From an uncultured Faecalibacterium sp. (GTDB lineage Bacteria; Bacillota; Clostridia; Oscillospirales; Ruminococcaceae), in NCBI GenBank assembly GCA_964649475.1, contig CAZYRD010000001.1, positions 1 through 40,302 of the forward strand: DNA of 40,302 nucleotides, written 5' to 3'. The notes under the pieces are model-generated. The model was not told the DNA's origin. It ran no database searches and saw nothing but the letters and a program-made list of their open reading frames with translations. Every line of letters begins with the position of its first letter. Position 1 is the first letter of the stretch. Positions 1-8,729 of the stretch are shown one piece after another. The position numbers and the translations under genes were made by a program.

Positions 1-143
1 AACCAAAAAGAAATTCGCTGCTTGCGGGGCAGCGAACCCCCGCAATAATGTCATTTCGTCTGGAGATACTGCATTCGCAGTATCTCCAGATGACATGACA
101 GCTTTTACAGGGGTCCGCTGCCTTGACAGCGGAACTTCTTTTG
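1..143 (+). repeat. Copy 1 of a hairpin-rich palindromic repeat element, truncated by the window edge and inverted relative to the copy at 37025-37455
   Basis: nt 1-54 are the exact reverse complement of 37376-37429 (54/54). nt 62-142 match the reverse complement of 37054-37135 with about 5 mismatches. Contains hairpins TTCGCTG/CAGCGAA, ATGTCAT..GGAGATACTGC-ATTC-GCAGTATCTCC..ATGACAT and CCGCTG/CAGCGG. Confidence 0.85.
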
Positions 144-145
144 GT

Positions 146-183
146 GAAGTTCACTTGTGAACTTCTGTTCACTTGTGAACTTC
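146..183. repeat. Tandem direct repeat (2 x 17 nt, period 18) in which each unit contains the palindrome GTTCAC-TT-GTGAAC
   Basis: GTTCACTTGTGAACTTC at 149-165 is repeated exactly at 167-183. The first unit extends to the 9-2-9 palindrome GAAGTTCAC TT GTGAACTTC (146-165). Confidence 0.8.
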
Positions 184-272
184 CTTTCTTCGGTTACAAG
201 AAAAGTACACTGGGTGCTTGAGGCGCGCCTCAAGCCACCTCCCCTTTTCGGGGGAAAATTTCTCCTCGCCCC

Positions 273-303
273 TTGACTTTCCAGTTGGTGGAGGGTCTAC
301 AAT
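273..303 (+). promoter_or_regulatory. MerR-type promoter with a 19-bp spacer and an internal dyad operator
   Basis: TTGACT (273-278), 19-nt spacer, TACAAT (298-303). Imperfect 9-5-9 dyad GACTTTCCA-GTTGG-TGGAGGGTC (275-297) spans the spacer. It lies 50 nt upstream of the MerR-family gene. Confidence 0.55.
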
Positions 304-353
304 AGGCTTGTACGCAGGGCGCAAAGCCCGCCGCCACAGGAAGGAAGCACATC

Positions 354-992
354 ATGCGCATCAACGAGGTGGAACGCCGTGTGGGCGTCACCAAAAAGAA
401 CATCCGCTTTTACGAGGAGGAAGGCCTGCTGAAGCCGGGCCGCAACGCCGAAAACGGCTACCGCGAATACAGCGAGGCCGACGTACAGCAGCTGATGAAG
501 ATCCGGCTGCTGCGGCAGCTTTCGGTACCGCTGGAGGACATTCGCCGGCTGCAGGACGGCAGCCAGACGCTGGAGCTTTGCATGCAGCGCCAGCAGCTGG
601 AGCTGGAACGCCGCGCCCGCGACCTTGTACAGATAAGCGAAGTCTGCACCCAGCTTGCCGAAAGCGGCCAGACGCTGCAGACCATGGATGTGCCCGCCTG
701 GGAGGCGCGTATCACCGAACTGGAAAGGACGGGTACACGCTTTATGAACGTGAAAAACGACCGCACGAAAAAGATCCTGGGGCCGGTGCTGATCACCGTG
801 CTGCTGGGGCTGGTGCTTGCCTGCGCCGAGGTCCTGCTGGCACAGGCCCTTGCCGCCGATCCGCTGCCGCTGCTGCTGGAGATCCTTCTGCTGGCGGCGC
901 CGGTGGCCGTTGCGGCAGGGCTGGCCGCCGCACTGTGGATGCGCGTGCGCGAGATCAAGGGGGGAGAAGAGGATGAAGCTGCTCAGTATTGA
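354..992 (+). CDS. MerR family transcriptional regulator with a hydrophobic C-terminal (probable membrane) region
   Basis: N-terminus MRINEVERRVGVTKKNIRFYEEEGLLKPGRNAENGYREY is a typical MerR HTH. The C-terminus has two long hydrophobic stretches (ILGPVLITVLLGLVLACAEVLL, LLLEILLLAAPVAVAAGLAAALW). RBS AGGAAGGAAG lies upstream. Confidence 0.9.
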   Translation: MRINEVERRVGVTKKNIRFYEEEGLLKPGRNAENGYREYSEADVQQLMKIRLLRQLSVPLEDIRRLQDGSQTLELCMQRQQLELERRARDLVQISEVCTQLAESGQTLQTMDVPAWEARITELERTGTRFMNVKNDRTKKILGPVLITVLLGLVLACAEVLLAQALAADPLPLLLEILLLAAPVAVAAGLAAALWMRVREIKGGEEDEAAQY

Positions 993-1284
993 TTACATCC
1001 CCGGCACGGAGATCGACGCGCTGGGCATGGTGAAAGGCACCGTGGTATACAGCAAAAACTCCGGCCGTGATTTTATGGCCGGAATGAAGACCCTTGTGGG
1101 CGGCGAGATCGTCGGCTACACCGAGATGCTGAACGAGGCAAGGCAGATCGCCGTAAAACGCATGGTGGACGAGGCCGCCGCCCTTGGCGCGGACGCCGTC
1201 GTCGGCGTGCGGTATTGCAGCGCCGAGATCATGAGCGGTGCCGCCGAGTGCATCGCCTACGGCACCGCGGTGCGCATCCGCTGA
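973..1284 (+). CDS. YbjQ/UPF0145 family protein (putative heavy-metal-binding domain)
   Basis: MKLLSIDYIPGTEI..GMVKGTVVYSKN.GRDFMAGMKTLVGGEI.GYTEMLNEARQIAVKRMVDEAAALGADAVVGVRY is characteristic of YbjQ. The ATG at 973 overlaps the end of the MerR gene, suggesting translational coupling. Confidence 0.85.
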   Translation: MKLLSIDYIPGTEIDALGMVKGTVVYSKNSGRDFMAGMKTLVGGEIVGYTEMLNEARQIAVKRMVDEAAALGADAVVGVRYCSAEIMSGAAECIAYGTAVRIR

Positions 1285-1445
1285 AAAAACTGCCGCAGAA
1301 GTCCGAATAAGCTGCGGCAGCCGCTGCCCAAACCGTATAAGCAGGCGGCGCGCCGCACGGACGGGCTTTTATGCCGGACACGCACCCCGGACGTATTCCG
1401 CACACAACACACGGCGCACGCCGCGCCGCAAAGGAGGCTCACGCC

Positions 1446-2558
1446 ATGATCCGCAACCATCCGCAGAACATCACCCGCAAGCTGCCCTCACAGCGCATTT
1501 GCCTGTACGAGGCCGCCGAGGGCGCAAGCTACAGCCACCACCCCTCCGTCTGCCATTTCAGCGGACGGTTTTACGCCATGTGGTCCGCCGGCTTTGTGGG
1601 CGAGGACGAGCCCGGCCAGCGGGTGCTGCTGACCAGCTCTGCCGATGGCGTGCACTGGACGCCGCCGCAGGTGCTTGTGACCCCGGGGGAGATCACCTGC
1701 CCCGAGGGCGTGCTGACGGCGGCGGGTTTTCATGTGCACGAGGGCGTGCTGACGGCGTATTTCGGGCATTACGCCTACATTGACAAAGCCAACCCCGTCG
1801 CCACCGGCGACAACTACAAAGATACGTTCCTTGGGTATCTGACCACAACGGACGGCGTGCACTGGTCAAAGCCGGTGCGCACCGCACTGCCCGTGGTGCC
1901 CAACCATCCGCCGGAGAAAACCGCCTCCGGACGACTGATCATCAGCGGCAACGTCGCGTTTCCCTACAGCGACGACCCCACCGGCACCGGCGCCTACACC
2001 CTGACCGGCGTGTACGGCGGTGCCTTCGGCGAAAAGCCGGTGCGGGACGACCCGGACTGCATCCACATGGTGACCCCCGCCAACGGCTGGGCCTGCACCA
2101 TGATCTGCGAGGGCTCGTTCTACCAGACGGACGACGGCGTGCTGCACATGCTGCTGCGCAGCTGTGACGACCGGCTGTGGGTGAGCGAAAGCCGCGACGA
2201 CGGTGAAAGCTGGAGCACGCCGCAGCCCACGGAGTTTGCCAACGACGCCAGCAAATTCCACTGCGGACGCCTGCCGGACGGCAGGTATTATGTGGTGAGC
2301 AACGCCCGTCCGGGCGGGCCGCAGCCCCGCAGCCCGCTGGTGCTGAGCCTTTCGGCGGACGGCGAGGACTTTGCCGAGGAGTACGTTCTGCGCGACGAGG
2401 GTTACGACATGCGCTTTGAGGGCCGCTGGAAGGGCGGTGTGTACGGGTACCCCCACACGCTGGTACACGACGGCGTACTGTACGTCATTTACTCGCAGTG
2501 CAAGGAGGGCGTGGAGCTGACCCGCCTTGCGCTGGCGGATATCCCCCCGTGCGGCTGA
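1446..2558 (+). CDS. BNR/Asp-box repeat protein, sialidase-like beta-propeller glycoside hydrolase family
   Basis: Asp-box motifs SxDxGxxW: SSADGVHWT, TTTDGVHWS, SRDDGESWS. RBS AAGGAGG lies 7 nt before the ATG at 1446. The ORF-track start at 1371 was rejected because it lacks an RBS. Confidence 0.75.
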   Translation: MIRNHPQNITRKLPSQRICLYEAAEGASYSHHPSVCHFSGRFYAMWSAGFVGEDEPGQRVLLTSSADGVHWTPPQVLVTPGEITCPEGVLTAAGFHVHEGVLTAYFGHYAYIDKANPVATGDNYKDTFLGYLTTTDGVHWSKPVRTALPVVPNHPPEKTASGRLIISGNVAFPYSDDPTGTGAYTLTGVYGGAFGEKPVRDDPDCIHMVTPANGWACTMICEGSFYQTDDGVLHMLLRSCDDRLWVSESRDDGESWSTPQPTEFANDASKFHCGRLPDGRYYVVSNARPGGPQPRSPLVLSLSADGEDFAEEYVLRDEGYDMRFEGRWKGGVYGYPHTLVHDGVLYVIYSQCKEGVELTRLALADIPPCG

Positions 2559-2603
2559 ACGCAGGCCGCACCACCACGGAAAACACACGTTTAAAAAGGG
2601 GCG

Positions 2604-2644
2604 TGCCGCAGAATTTTTCCCCTTCTGCGGCAGCTTCTTTTTTC
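2604..2644 (+). terminator. Rho-independent terminator after the BNR gene
   Basis: TGCCGCAGAA-loop-TTCTGCGGCA followed by GCTTCTTTTTT. Confidence 0.7.
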
Positions 2645-2668
2645 TGCGCAAAATGCGGAGGGCCGCGC

Positions 2669-2697
2669 TTGCAAAGAAGTCCGGCGGATGGTATACT
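2669..2697 (+). promoter_or_regulatory. Sigma-70-like promoter of the glycyl radical enzyme gene
   Basis: TTGCAA (2669-2674), 17 nt, TATACT (2692-2697), about 35 nt upstream of the ATG at 2731. Confidence 0.5.
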
Positions 2698-2730
2698 GAC
2701 CTCGAAACCTGCCGAAAGGAGCTGCCGCGC

Positions 2731-4920
2731 ATGAACTTTGATTTTCAGCAGATGAAGCCCGTCATCCAGAAAGATCTGGACGCGGTGCTGACGCACTACC
2801 CCACCGACCTTTGTTTTCCGGAGAACAATATTCCCACCGGGGGCGACCCGTACGGGCGCAAGCGCGTGATCGTGCAAAGCGCCGCCGAGCACTGCCCGGT
2901 ACACGTCTTCCCCCACTATCCGTTTGCGTTTGAGCTGGACGTGGGCGAAGCGCGCCACGTATGCTATGTGGGCATTGGCAACCGCTGCCGTGACAAGAGC
3001 GGGGTGGATTTTTCGTCCCTGCACGCCCTCCGGCAGCTGCTGGGCGAAAACGGGCTGGGCGGCTTCAACGATTATTCCGACCACATCCACCGCACGCTGG
3101 ACCACGACCGGCTGCTGGCGCTGGGCTGGCGCGGCGTGTACGAGGAGTGCGTGCGGTACAACGCCGCCGAGACCGACCCCGAAAAGCGCCGCTGGCGCGA
3201 GCTGTTGATGGACTGCTGCCGCGCGGTGGAAAAAATCGGTCTGCGCCTGCGGGAAAAAGCCGCCGCCCTGCTGCCGGAAGCCGCCGACGGGGACGCGCGT
3301 TACAATCTGGAACGCATCGCAAACAGCGTCAACACCCCGTGGGAACCGCCCGTCACCCTGTTTGACGCCATGAACAGCATTCTGTGCACCACGCTGTTCA
3401 TCAGCGGGCTGGACGGCGTGGAGATGAACGCCTACGGCCAGCTTGACCGGCTGCTGCAGCCTTATTACGAAAAGGATCTGGCCGCGGGCCGCATCACGGA
3501 GGAAGAGGCGTATTTTCTGCTGCAGTGCTTTTTGCACAAGACGGACATGCACTGCGCTTTCAACACCACCGACCGCACCACCTACGACAACGGCGTTTCG
3601 GCGGCGGTGGGCGGCTGTGACCCCGACGGCAGACCGGTGTACAACGCCATGACAAAGCTTGTTCTGCGGGCATACGCCGAAAACAAGCTGATCAATCCCA
3701 AGCTGAACGCCCGCGCCTGCGCCGAAAGCCCGCGGGAATACATAGAGGCGCTGGCGGCGCTGATGCGCACCGGCAACAACAATCTTGTGGTGCAAAACGA
3801 CGATTACATCGTGCCGATGTTCCTGCGCATGGGGCTTTCCGCCGAGGACGCCCGCACCTACGTCGGCAACGGCTGTCAGGAGGTCATCTGCCGCAACCAG
3901 ATCCACAGCCGCGCCTTTGCGTATTTCAACATGGCGCAGGTGCTGCTGCACACCATCCGGTACGAAAAAGCCGCCCTGCCGCAGGGGCTTGCCGTCCTTT
4001 ACCGGTACGGCCGGTTTGAAAAGCAGGATTTTGAGGCGCTGTACGGGTCGTTTTTAGCCAATCTGCGCTCGCTGGCGCAGGTGCAGGCCGAGGTGTTTGC
4101 CCCGTTTGAACGGCAGCACCTTTTCATCTGCCCCGAGACGATGCTTTCCGCCTTTACCGCCGACTGCACCGCCGCCGGTACGGACATGGCCGACGGCGGC
4201 GCCCGCTACAACCACAAGACGCTTTCGCTGGTGGGCTTCGGCACCCTGTGCGACAGTCTGCTGGCGCTGCGCCGCGCCTACGCCGAGGGCACGCAGCAGC
4301 AGCTTTTTGCCGCCCTTGCCGCAAATTTTGAAGGTCACGAACCGCTGCGCCGCGCCCTGCAGGCCAGCACCGACCGCTTTGGCCACAGCCCCGATGCCGA
4401 CGCCTTTGCAAAACAGCTGGCCCACGCGCTGGCCGAACTGACCCGCGGCGTGAAAAACGGCTGCGGCATTGAATGGCGTACCAGCCTGTTCACCTATTTC
4501 AACTTCATCGGCTTTGGCGCGGGCACCGGCGCCACGCCGGACGGCCGCCGCGCAGGCGAGCCGCTTTCGCGCCAGATGAACATGGCGGTGCTGCCCCAGC
4601 TGACCACGGCGGCGCTTTCCATGACGGCGCTGACCGAAGCGGATTTCAACGACGTGGGCATATTTGACGTCGCCCTGCCGTATACCGTTTCCGACGGCGA
4701 GAACGCTTTGCAGGCGCTGACGGATTTCATCCGCACCTGCATTGCACTGAAGCTGCCGGTGCTGCAGACCAACGTGGCGGACGCCGCCGCCATGCTGGAG
4801 GAGCGCGACCTCCCGGGCAGCCACCCGGATCTGGTGGTGCGGGTGTGCGGCTACAGCGCACCCTTTGCCGGTCTGCCGCGGGAGATACAGGACGAGGTCA
4901 TCGCCCGTACCGCAGGCTGA
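2731..4920 (+). CDS. Glycyl radical enzyme (PFL-like/PflD-type family), substrate unknown
   Basis: C-terminal glycyl radical motif VVRVCGYSAPF, Cys-loop YVGNGCQE and GATPDGRRAGEPLS motif. 729 aa. RBS AAAGGAG lies before the ATG at 2731. Confidence 0.85.
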   Translation: MNFDFQQMKPVIQKDLDAVLTHYPTDLCFPENNIPTGGDPYGRKRVIVQSAAEHCPVHVFPHYPFAFELDVGEARHVCYVGIGNRCRDKSGVDFSSLHALRQLLGENGLGGFNDYSDHIHRTLDHDRLLALGWRGVYEECVRYNAAETDPEKRRWRELLMDCCRAVEKIGLRLREKAAALLPEAADGDARYNLERIANSVNTPWEPPVTLFDAMNSILCTTLFISGLDGVEMNAYGQLDRLLQPYYEKDLAAGRITEEEAYFLLQCFLHKTDMHCAFNTTDRTTYDNGVSAAVGGCDPDGRPVYNAMTKLVLRAYAENKLINPKLNARACAESPREYIEALAALMRTGNNNLVVQNDDYIVPMFLRMGLSAEDARTYVGNGCQEVICRNQIHSRAFAYFNMAQVLLHTIRYEKAALPQGLAVLYRYGRFEKQDFEALYGSFLANLRSLAQVQAEVFAPFERQHLFICPETMLSAFTADCTAAGTDMADGGARYNHKTLSLVGFGTLCDSLLALRRAYAEGTQQQLFAALAANFEGHEPLRRALQASTDRFGHSPDADAFAKQLAHALAELTRGVKNGCGIEWRTSLFTYFNFIGFGAGTGATPDGRRAGEPLSRQMNMAVLPQLTTAALSMTALTEADFNDVGIFDVALPYTVSDGENALQALTDFIRTCIALKLPVLQTNVADAAAMLEERDLPGSHPDLVVRVCGYSAPFAGLPREIQDEVIARTAG

Positions 4921-5017
4921 CGGCTTTTCATTCACTTTCATTCGCTGTGCCCCAGTCTGCCATGCGGGCAGCCGGCTTCGTATTCCGTCACGGACGGAAA
5001 CATATTTCTGCAAAAAA

Positions 5018-5065
5018 CCACTCCGCCGCGGGGCCGCAAAGGCCTCACAGCGGAGTGGTTTTTCG
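5018..5065. terminator. Bidirectional-looking rho-independent terminator downstream of the GRE gene
   Basis: AAAAAA-CCACTCCGC-loop-GCGGAGTGG-TTTTT. Confidence 0.65.
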
Positions 5066-5237
5066 TTGTTTTCAATGCCGGACACACGGCGTTGGGACAG
5101 GCGGCATCACCTGTGCCAGCTTCCGTTGAACTATCTTACAGGCCAGAATCCTGAAACGCTTCATGCTTGTTTCCCCCGGCGGCGGGGATGTGCGCTGTCG
5201 GGCCATGTACGGCGGCACCCGCTCCGGCGCGGGGCCG

Positions 5238-5280
5238 CAAAAACAGACAGGCAGCCGCAGCTTTGCCGGCTGCGGCTGCA
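5238..5280 (-). terminator. Terminator of the ABC/GldG/DUF4340 operon
   Basis: On the minus strand, GCAGCCGCAGCC-GGCAAA-GCTGCGGCTGC is followed by CTGTCTGTTTTTG, immediately after the stop at 5295. Confidence 0.65.
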
Positions 5281-5294
5281 CAGGGGTACGGCTT

Positions 5295-6407
5295 TTATGC
5301 GGCGACTTCGTCCTCCAGCGGGGCAAAGTCGGCAGGGGTGGCTTCCAGCAGGCCCTCCACCTTGGCGGCAGTGATAAGGTAAACGCCGCCGTGGCCCGCA
5401 GCGTAGGCGTACCGGCCGCCGGTCTCGGTGTCGGTATCGCCCACATACAGGGTCAGGCTGTCGCTGACGGAGACGCCCTGCTCATCGGTGGTGGTGTACT
5501 CCACCGTGATGGCGGTGCACTGCGCTTCGTCAAGCTCCATGGCGGCCAGCGCGGCGTCATCCGGCGCCCATGCGGCCATGCTGTTGTAGCTGAGGGAGGC
5601 CAGCCGGTCCAGAATGGTGACGCCGGTGGCGGCGTCCACCGTGGCCGTTGCCTCGCCCTGCACGGCCTGCCACAGGGTCACGCCGTTGAGCTGCTGCTGC
5701 GTGGGGGTCAGGTACAGCGGCTGCGCGCCGGGGGCGGCAACGGTGACGGCGGTGATATCGTTGGAGGCGAACGTCGGCAGGCTCTCCGGCGTGAGCAGGT
5801 CGGTGAGCTTGATGTAGAAGGCGGCGTACAGCTCGTCCGAAACGGTGTACAGCGTGCTCTCCCCGCCGACGCTGAGGTAGTAGTAGGTCGAAGCCTCGTT
5901 CAGCGCGCCCAGCTTGAGGGTGCGGGCGGCGCCGGAGGCGGTATCGGTCAGGGTGACGGTGAGGACGGGCACGTCCAGCCCGTAGCCGGCCAGCTCCTCC
6001 TCGGGGGTGAAGCTCTGGTAGGCCTTCAGCGACAGCAGCCGGCCGTACAGGGTCTGCACCGCGGCGGTGTTCACCGGGCAGGCGGGGTCGCCTTCCAGCG
6101 TCCAGAGATCGCCCTCCAGCCGCAGGGTGACGGTCTGTCCGTCGGTGGCGGTAAAGCTGAAGCTGTCCGCCGTGCCGCTTTCGGGCAGGGTGTTGACGGG
6201 AACGGAGGGGCCGGCGTTGGCGGCGGCCTCCTCTTCGGCGGCGCGGCGGGCGTTGAAGGCGTTGAGCAGCAGGATGCCCGCCGTCAGCACCGCCAGCACC
6301 GCACAGCCCACGCACAGGGCCAGCAGGCGCTTGCGGGCACGGGCGCGGCGGCGCTCCTCGGCGCTGCCGGGGGCCGCGCCGGAAAACGCGTTGTTGTTTT
6401 CACTCAT
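5295..6407 (-). CDS. DUF4340 domain protein (N-terminal membrane anchor), last gene of the ABC/GldG operon
   Basis: MSENNNAFSG...RKRLLALCVGCAVLAVLTAGILLL signal-anchor. The position after a GldG-like gene is the usual DUF4340 context. The ATG at 6407 overlaps the upstream stop (ATGA). Confidence 0.75.
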   Translation of the reverse strand: MSENNNAFSGAAPGSAEERRRARARKRLLALCVGCAVLAVLTAGILLLNAFNARRAAEEEAAANAGPSVPVNTLPESGTADSFSFTATDGQTVTLRLEGDLWTLEGDPACPVNTAAVQTLYGRLLSLKAYQSFTPEEELAGYGLDVPVLTVTLTDTASGAARTLKLGALNEASTYYYLSVGGESTLYTVSDELYAAFYIKLTDLLTPESLPTFASNDITAVTVAAPGAQPLYLTPTQQQLNGVTLWQAVQGEATATVDAATGVTILDRLASLSYNSMAAWAPDDAALAAMELDEAQCTAITVEYTTTDEQGVSVSDSLTLYVGDTDTETGGRYAYAAGHGGVYLITAAKVEGLLEATPADFAPLEDEVAA

Positions 6408-7849
6408 CGCAGCATCCTCCGGCGGACAAAGGTCACAACGCCGACCGCCACGCAGGCGATGGGCAGCAGCACGGTGTACAGGGTCTTCCACCAGCCGGCG
6501 GCGGAGGTGGGCACCAGCAGCATCTCGGTGGAGATGTTTTTGCCCTCGATGGAGATGGCACTTTCATGCTCGCACAGGAAGCCCAGCGTGTTGACCATCA
6601 GGGTGAAGTTGTTGCCGGAGACCATATCGTTGATGCTGGCGTTGAGCAGCGCGCCGGTGGTGTACCACACCAGATGGCTGCGGTTGGTTTCGTTGCGCAC
6701 CAGAACGGCGAGGTCGAAGGGGCCTTCTATATCGCCCTCTTCCTTTTCCAGCGTCTGGGAATTGGCGGCGTCCACCTTGATGTAGGCGTCGTCCGAGCTG
6801 GTGAGCAGCTTCTGCACGGTGAGGTCATCCGCAATGTCATCCGCTTTTTCAATGCTCTGGCCCAGATAGTACATGACGTACATACCGTCGGTGGCAAGGC
6901 TGCCGGTGACGGAGTGCTTTTCCACATTGGGCAGCATATAAATGGGATACTGGTAGTAGTGGTCGCGGCTGCCCTCCAGCACAACGCCTTGCTCGGCATA
7001 CACGCCGAAGGCGTCGGTGACTTTTTCCAGGTTGGGCATGGCGGCCTGACCGTAGTTGGTCAGCAGAATGACCTTGCCGCCATCGGCGATGTAGTCAAGG
7101 ATCATCTCCGCCTCACCCTCGTACAGGTCGCTGGCGGGAGAGTCGATGACCAGCGCGGCGCAGTCCTCGGGGAAGGCGTCGGCGTTCATCAGAGTCAGGT
7201 CGGTAACGGTGAAGTTCTGCGCGGTGATCTGGCTCTCCAGCTCGTCGCCAAAGCCGGGCTCGCCGTGGCCGCTGAGATAGTACACCACGGGCAGAACGTC
7301 GGTGGTGACGTAGTCCAGCGCACCGGTCAGCGCGTTTTCGCCCTGGAAGGAGGTGGTGGTGCTGGTGACGGTGTAATCCGCCGCGTACTCATACTCGGTG
7401 ACGTAGATGTTGGTGTAGTTGAGCACCTTGAAGCGCTTTGCGCTCTCGACGATCAGCGAGTTCTGGTACAGTGAGGCACTGGTGTAGGCGGTGGCAAAGT
7501 TGGGGCGGGAGGTGGCGTCCACCTTTTCGATGGTGATCTTGTCGGAAAGCTCCTGATAGCGCTCCAGCAGCTCTTCGATGGTGGTGTCCTCGTTGCCCGC
7601 ACTCACCAGCCAGTAGATGGTGACGGGCTCGTCGATATCGGACACGATGGCTTTGGTCTGCTCGCCGATGGAATAGAGCTTGACGGCAGTCAGATCGTAA
7701 TTGATCCAGCTTTCGGGCAGAAGGCGGACGATCACGTTCAGCAGGATGAGCGCCGCCAGCACGATGGCTACGGCAAGCACGGCCCAGCCGCCGGTATGGA
7801 ACAGGCGGTCGGCGCGGCGTTTGGAGGAGGTTTTTTCGGTATTCATCAC
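6404..7849 (-). CDS. GldG-like ABC-transporter-associated protein (ABC-type uncharacterized transport system)
   Basis: N- and C-terminal TM segments flank a large extracytoplasmic domain, and the gene lies between an ABC-2 permease and DUF4340. AGGAGG is upstream. The start is GTG at 7849 or ATG at 7846. Confidence 0.75.
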   Translation of the reverse strand: MMNTEKTSSKRRADRLFHTGGWAVLAVAIVLAALILLNVIVRLLPESWINYDLTAVKLYSIGEQTKAIVSDIDEPVTIYWLVSAGNEDTTIEELLERYQELSDKITIEKVDATSRPNFATAYTSASLYQNSLIVESAKRFKVLNYTNIYVTEYEYAADYTVTSTTTSFQGENALTGALDYVTTDVLPVVYYLSGHGEPGFGDELESQITAQNFTVTDLTLMNADAFPEDCAALVIDSPASDLYEGEAEMILDYIADGGKVILLTNYGQAAMPNLEKVTDAFGVYAEQGVVLEGSRDHYYQYPIYMLPNVEKHSVTGSLATDGMYVMYYLGQSIEKADDIADDLTVQKLLTSSDDAYIKVDAANSQTLEKEEGDIEGPFDLAVLVRNETNRSHLVWYTTGALLNASINDMVSGNNFTLMVNTLGFLCEHESAISIEGKNISTEMLLVPTSAAGWWKTLYTVLLPIACVAVGVVTFVRRRMLR

Positions 7850-7864
7850 AGCATTCCTCCTTTT

Positions 7865-8728
7865 TTAATTATAACGGCGGCGTTCCAGCGACTGTACAGT
7901 CAGGAACAGGAACAGCACGATGACGGAGAGATAATAGACGACGGAGGGCACATAGAAAATGCCGCTGAGGAAGCCGGTAAACGGCTCGAACAGGGCCAGC
8001 ATGCCCAGCACCACGGTGAGGGCGCCGGTGACGGCCTCGGCATTGAACAGGTACAGCATGCCCAGCACGGCCAGACCCATCAGGGCGACCGTCAGCGCAA
8101 TGCTGCGGCTTCGGGTCATGTACCACACCAGCAGACCGGCCAGCGCACACACCACGGCAAACACGGCAAAGGCCGCGCCGGCAGAGCCGGTGACCATGGA
8201 GGCGACGCCGTTCATCAGGTAGGCCAGCAGCAGCACCACAAAGCTGAGCAGAGCCGCGACGATCTGGTTTTCGGTGACGGAGGAGAAGAACACGCCCACG
8301 GACACGCAGGCACAGGCCAGCAGCAGCCATGCCAGAATGGTGGCGTAGGTCATGCCCATATCCACCTTACCGTACAGGCTCAGCACCAGCGGGCAGGTGC
8401 AGAACACGGCGGCGGGCACGCACAGCACCGTGGCGGCGGACAGAAACTTGGCCAGCACGATCTCCACCGTGCGCACCGGTGCGCAAAGCAGCAGCTGATC
8501 GGTTTTCTGGCGGCGTTCCTCGCTGAAGCAGCGCATGGTGAGCAGCGGGCAGAACAGCAGCAGCACGATGAGGGTGTAATACAGCACAAGGCCGTAGTTG
8601 GAGTAGCCGCCGGTGAGGTTATAGGCGGTGAAGTAGATGCCGTTCATCACCAGCAGAAAAGCGATGAGCAGGTAACCGATGGGCGAGGTGAAATAGCTGT
8701 GGACCTCGCGGCGATAGATGGCAGACAT
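7865..8728 (-). CDS. ABC-2 type transporter permease
   Basis: MSAIYRREVHSYFTSPIGYLLIAFLLVMNGIYF followed by multiple TM helices. The start at 8728 lies directly after the ATPase stop (8730). Confidence 0.85.
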   Translation of the reverse strand: MSAIYRREVHSYFTSPIGYLLIAFLLVMNGIYFTAYNLTGGYSNYGLVLYYTLIVLLLFCPLLTMRCFSEERRQKTDQLLLCAPVRTVEIVLAKFLSAATVLCVPAAVFCTCPLVLSLYGKVDMGMTYATILAWLLLACACVSVGVFFSSVTENQIVAALLSFVVLLLAYLMNGVASMVTGSAGAAFAVFAVVCALAGLLVWYMTRSRSIALTVALMGLAVLGMLYLFNAEAVTGALTVVLGMLALFEPFTGFLSGIFYVPSVVYYLSVIVLFLFLTVQSLERRRYN

Positions 8729-8729
8729 A

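Noticed and set aside
1285-1330. Hairpin CTGCCGCAG-13 nt-CTGCGGCAG after the YbjQ-family gene, considered as a terminator
   Set aside because: No U-tract follows it on the plus strand (the A-run is on the wrong side). It was left uncalled.
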